A stretch of DNA of 36,924 bases from a virus. Made by a program: the position numbers and the translations under genes. Positions within the stretch are counted from its first letter, which is position 1; each line of letters begins with the position of its first letter. Below the pieces are notes generated by a model, which saw only the letters and a program-made list of their open reading frames with translations, searched no databases and was not told where the DNA came from. This document shows positions 35,404-36,924 of this stretch, piece by piece. The stretch lies in the IMG/VR virus record IMGVR_UViG_3300045988_134434; one strand, given 5' to 3'.

Positions 35404-35586
35404 TTATAAACTTTTTTCAATTTTTTCTATAATTATTTTTTTACCATCGATAGAGATTTTAACTTCTCTATCTTCTGCTGTGGCTCCTATTTCATCAACC
35501 CATGGGACAGGTAAAGTAATTTTTGTCGACCTGAATCCATTTCCATTTCTGCTAAACAACACTTTAACAATTCTTTCCTCTTTCAT
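35404..35586 (-). CDS. AbrB/MazE/SpoVT-like swapped-hairpin DNA-binding protein (antitoxin-like regulator).
   Basis: RSTKITLPVPWVDEIGATAEDREVKISIDGKKIIIEK matches the SpoVT/AbrB domain pattern. 60 aa. Confidence 0.55.
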   Translation of the reverse strand: MKEERIVKVLFSRNGNGFRSTKITLPVPWVDEIGATAEDREVKISIDGKKIIIEKIEKSL

Positions 35587-35688
35587 TTATTAGACCCCTT
35601 GTGATATAATGAAATTGAAAACTGGTGGGGCATACACCAGTATTCAATTTTTTTGTAACTACCTTACTACTGCGATAGTGAGGTAGTT

Positions 35689-35844
35689 TTAATCTTCAAT
35701 TGTTTTTTGTAAATCTGAGATTATTTTTTCTAACTTCTGGTTTTTTGTGTCGCTGTCATTTTCTGACCTAGTTTCTTCTAGTCTGTCAATTAGCATCCTT
35801 AGAAAACCACTAAACTGCTTATCTGTCATTCCCATGTCCTTCAT
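35689..35844 (-). CDS. Unannotated 51-aa coiled-coil ORF (MKDMGMTDKQFSGFLRMLIDRLEETRSENDSDTKNQKLEKIISDLQKTIED). First gene of the minus-strand cassette.
   Basis: GAAAGGAG RBS 6 nt upstream of the ATG. It lies about 50 nt downstream of promoter copy 2. It falls below the track's length cutoff. Confidence 0.45.
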   Translation of the reverse strand: MKDMGMTDKQFSGFLRMLIDRLEETRSENDSDTKNQKLEKIISDLQKTIED

Positions 35845-35906
35845 CTTTTTCTCCTTTCTGCTTAATGCCCTTTGCCAACTTGTAAGTTATCTCTTACTGT
35901 AATTAT

Positions 35907-35935
35907 ATTATACTTTAGTCGTACCGACTTGTCAA
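35907..35935 (-). promoter_or_regulatory. Consensus sigma-70 promoter with the same palindromic operator. Copy 2 of 2.
   Basis: The minus strand reads ttgacaagtcggtacgactaaagtataat. An A/T-rich UP-like tract lies upstream. Confidence 0.65.
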
Positions 35936-35981
35936 TACTTTTTATAAACTTTTTTTAAAAAAGATACTTTTTTCCTTGATA

Positions 35982-36048
35982 TGTACTCATCTAAATTCAT
36001 GTGGTATAATGGAATAAAGAACATATGTTCTTTATATAATGAAAGGAG
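35982..36048 (+). promoter_or_regulatory. Extended -10 promoter (TGgTATAAT at 36002-36010) followed by a perfect 18-bp palindrome aaagaacatatgttcttt (36016-36033) and the RBS of the MTase gene.
   Basis: Read directly from the sequence. The palindrome sits between the -10 element and the RBS. Confidence 0.5.
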
Positions 36049-36054
36049 ATTAAT

Positions 36055-36807
36055 GTGGAAAGTATTTTTAATTATAAATTGAAAAAGGGTGACTGCCTAG
36101 AATTGATGAAAGAAATAGAAAGTGATACTATAGATATGATACTGGCTGATCTGCCATATGGGACTACAGCATGTAAGTGGGATTGTATTATAAGCTTAGA
36201 TGCCTTATGGAAAGAGTATAATAGAATTTTAAAACCTGGTGGGGTGGTTGTTCTATTTTCAGCACAGCCATTTACAACTAAGCTTATAAACTCTAATATC
36301 AAGGACTATAAATATTCATGGTATTGGGTAAAAAATAATGTCACGGGCTTTAGTTTTGCGAAATATCAACCTATGAGAAAAGTGGAAGATATAAATGTGT
36401 TTTATAAGAAACATCCTCCATATAATCCACAAGGGCTAGTAAAGCTAGATAATCCTAAAAATATTATTCGAAAGAAGCCCACTAGAGAGACTATATATGA
36501 TGGCAAAGATGTGCTATGTAAGGAATATTTACAAAAATACACTAACTATCCTAATAATGTTTTAAACTTCAGCAAAGAAAGCAAGTGCGTACACCCGACA
36601 CAAAAGCCAGTGCAGCTACTTGAATATTTGATTAAAACTTATACAGATGAAGGAATGCTTGTATTAGACAATTGCATGGGCAGTGGGTCCACTGGGGTTG
36701 CCTGTGGTAATTTAGGCAGAAGATTTATAGGGATTGAATTAGAAGATAAATATTTTGAAATATCCAAAAAACGCATTACTCAAGCATACAAAGGAAGCCA
36801 AGGCTAG
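36055..36807 (+). CDS. Beta-class DNA methyltransferase (N4-cytosine or N6-adenine).
   Basis: Motif IV region ILADLPYGTT precedes motif I VLDNCMGSGSTGVACGNLGRRFIGIELEDKYFEISKKRI. GTG start with an AAAGGAG RBS. Confidence 0.8.
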   Translation: MESIFNYKLKKGDCLELMKEIESDTIDMILADLPYGTTACKWDCIISLDALWKEYNRILKPGGVVVLFSAQPFTTKLINSNIKDYKYSWYWVKNNVTGFSFAKYQPMRKVEDINVFYKKHPPYNPQGLVKLDNPKNIIRKKPTRETIYDGKDVLCKEYLQKYTNYPNNVLNFSKESKCVHPTQKPVQLLEYLIKTYTDEGMLVLDNCMGSGSTGVACGNLGRRFIGIELEDKYFEISKKRITQAYKGSQG

Positions 36808-36869
36808 ATAGCAAAAATTACAAAAATTCACGCCTTAATTATTGAGATAATAACACACTAGAAACAAAT

Positions 36870-36924
36870 TTTATACAAACATTGAAATTTCAATACTTTG
36901 AGTTCGGCAAAAGATAGCAAAAAG
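36870..36924. repeat. Right copy of the 55-bp terminal direct repeat (candidate attR core).
   Basis: Identical to 1-55. Confidence 0.6.

Noticed and set aside
35976-35981. TTGATA as the -35 element of the MTase promoter.
   Set aside because: Its spacing to TATAAT is 23 nt, which is too long. The promoter is better explained as an extended -10 (TGgTATAAT).
1-36924. Searched for tRNA/tmRNA-like sequence at the att repeat, CRISPR arrays, and rRNA.
   Set aside because: No cloverleaf-compatible or rRNA-like stretches, and no regularly spaced direct repeats with spacers, were seen. The 55-bp core does not resemble a tRNA 3' end.

Overview
This window appears to be a complete, low-GC, Firmicutes-type temperate siphovirus (prophage), with a 55-bp identical direct repeat at both ends (1-55 and 36870-36924; attL/attR, or the overlap of a circular assembly). 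The modules run in the classic order. On the minus strand, the lysogeny unit reads cI-like repressor, a DEDDh exonuclease-BRCT fusion, a possible ImmA-like protein, a tyrosine integrase, and an RHH-domain gene next to att. On the plus strand follow cro-like and other HTH early genes, then a replication module: a replisome-organizer gene with internal iterons, a DnaB-like helicase and SSB. Next comes an accessory block with three DNA methyltransferase systems (C5-MTase, an HsdM/HsdS-like N6-MTase pair, and a beta-class MTase at the right end) and many small ORFs. Two sigma-region-4-like late regulators flank a FimB/E-sized, catalytic-domain-only tyrosine recombinase. The packaging and structural module is HK97-like: HNH, TerS (P27 family), TerL, portal, ClpP-like prohead protease, major capsid protein, connectors, major tail protein, a G/GT chaperone with a -1 frameshift site, tape measure protein, Dit, Tal and collagen-like fibre/RBP proteins. 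Lysis genes are a TcdE-like holin and an amidase endolysin with choline-binding-like repeats. Between the endolysin and attR lies a minus-strand cargo cassette driven by two copies of a consensus promoter/operator. The most interesting candidates for undescribed biology are listed in order. (i) The exonuclease-BRCT gene sits just 3' of the cI-like repressor, before immA-like and int, in a rex-like position. (ii) The right-end cassette holds a 51-aa ORF, an AbrB/MazE-like protein and a 123-aa unknown under duplicated TTGACA-17-TATAAT promoters with a palindromic operator. (iii) A Fim-like mini-recombinase lies beside an inverted-repeat-flanked, promoter-containing segment upstream of a late activator. 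(iv) Two paralogous 25-aa hydrophobic peptide genes sit near a 22-aa ORF that mimics the SSB C-terminal tail. No tRNA, rRNA or CRISPR array was seen. All calls are from reading the sequence and ORF translations only; no database searches were run.
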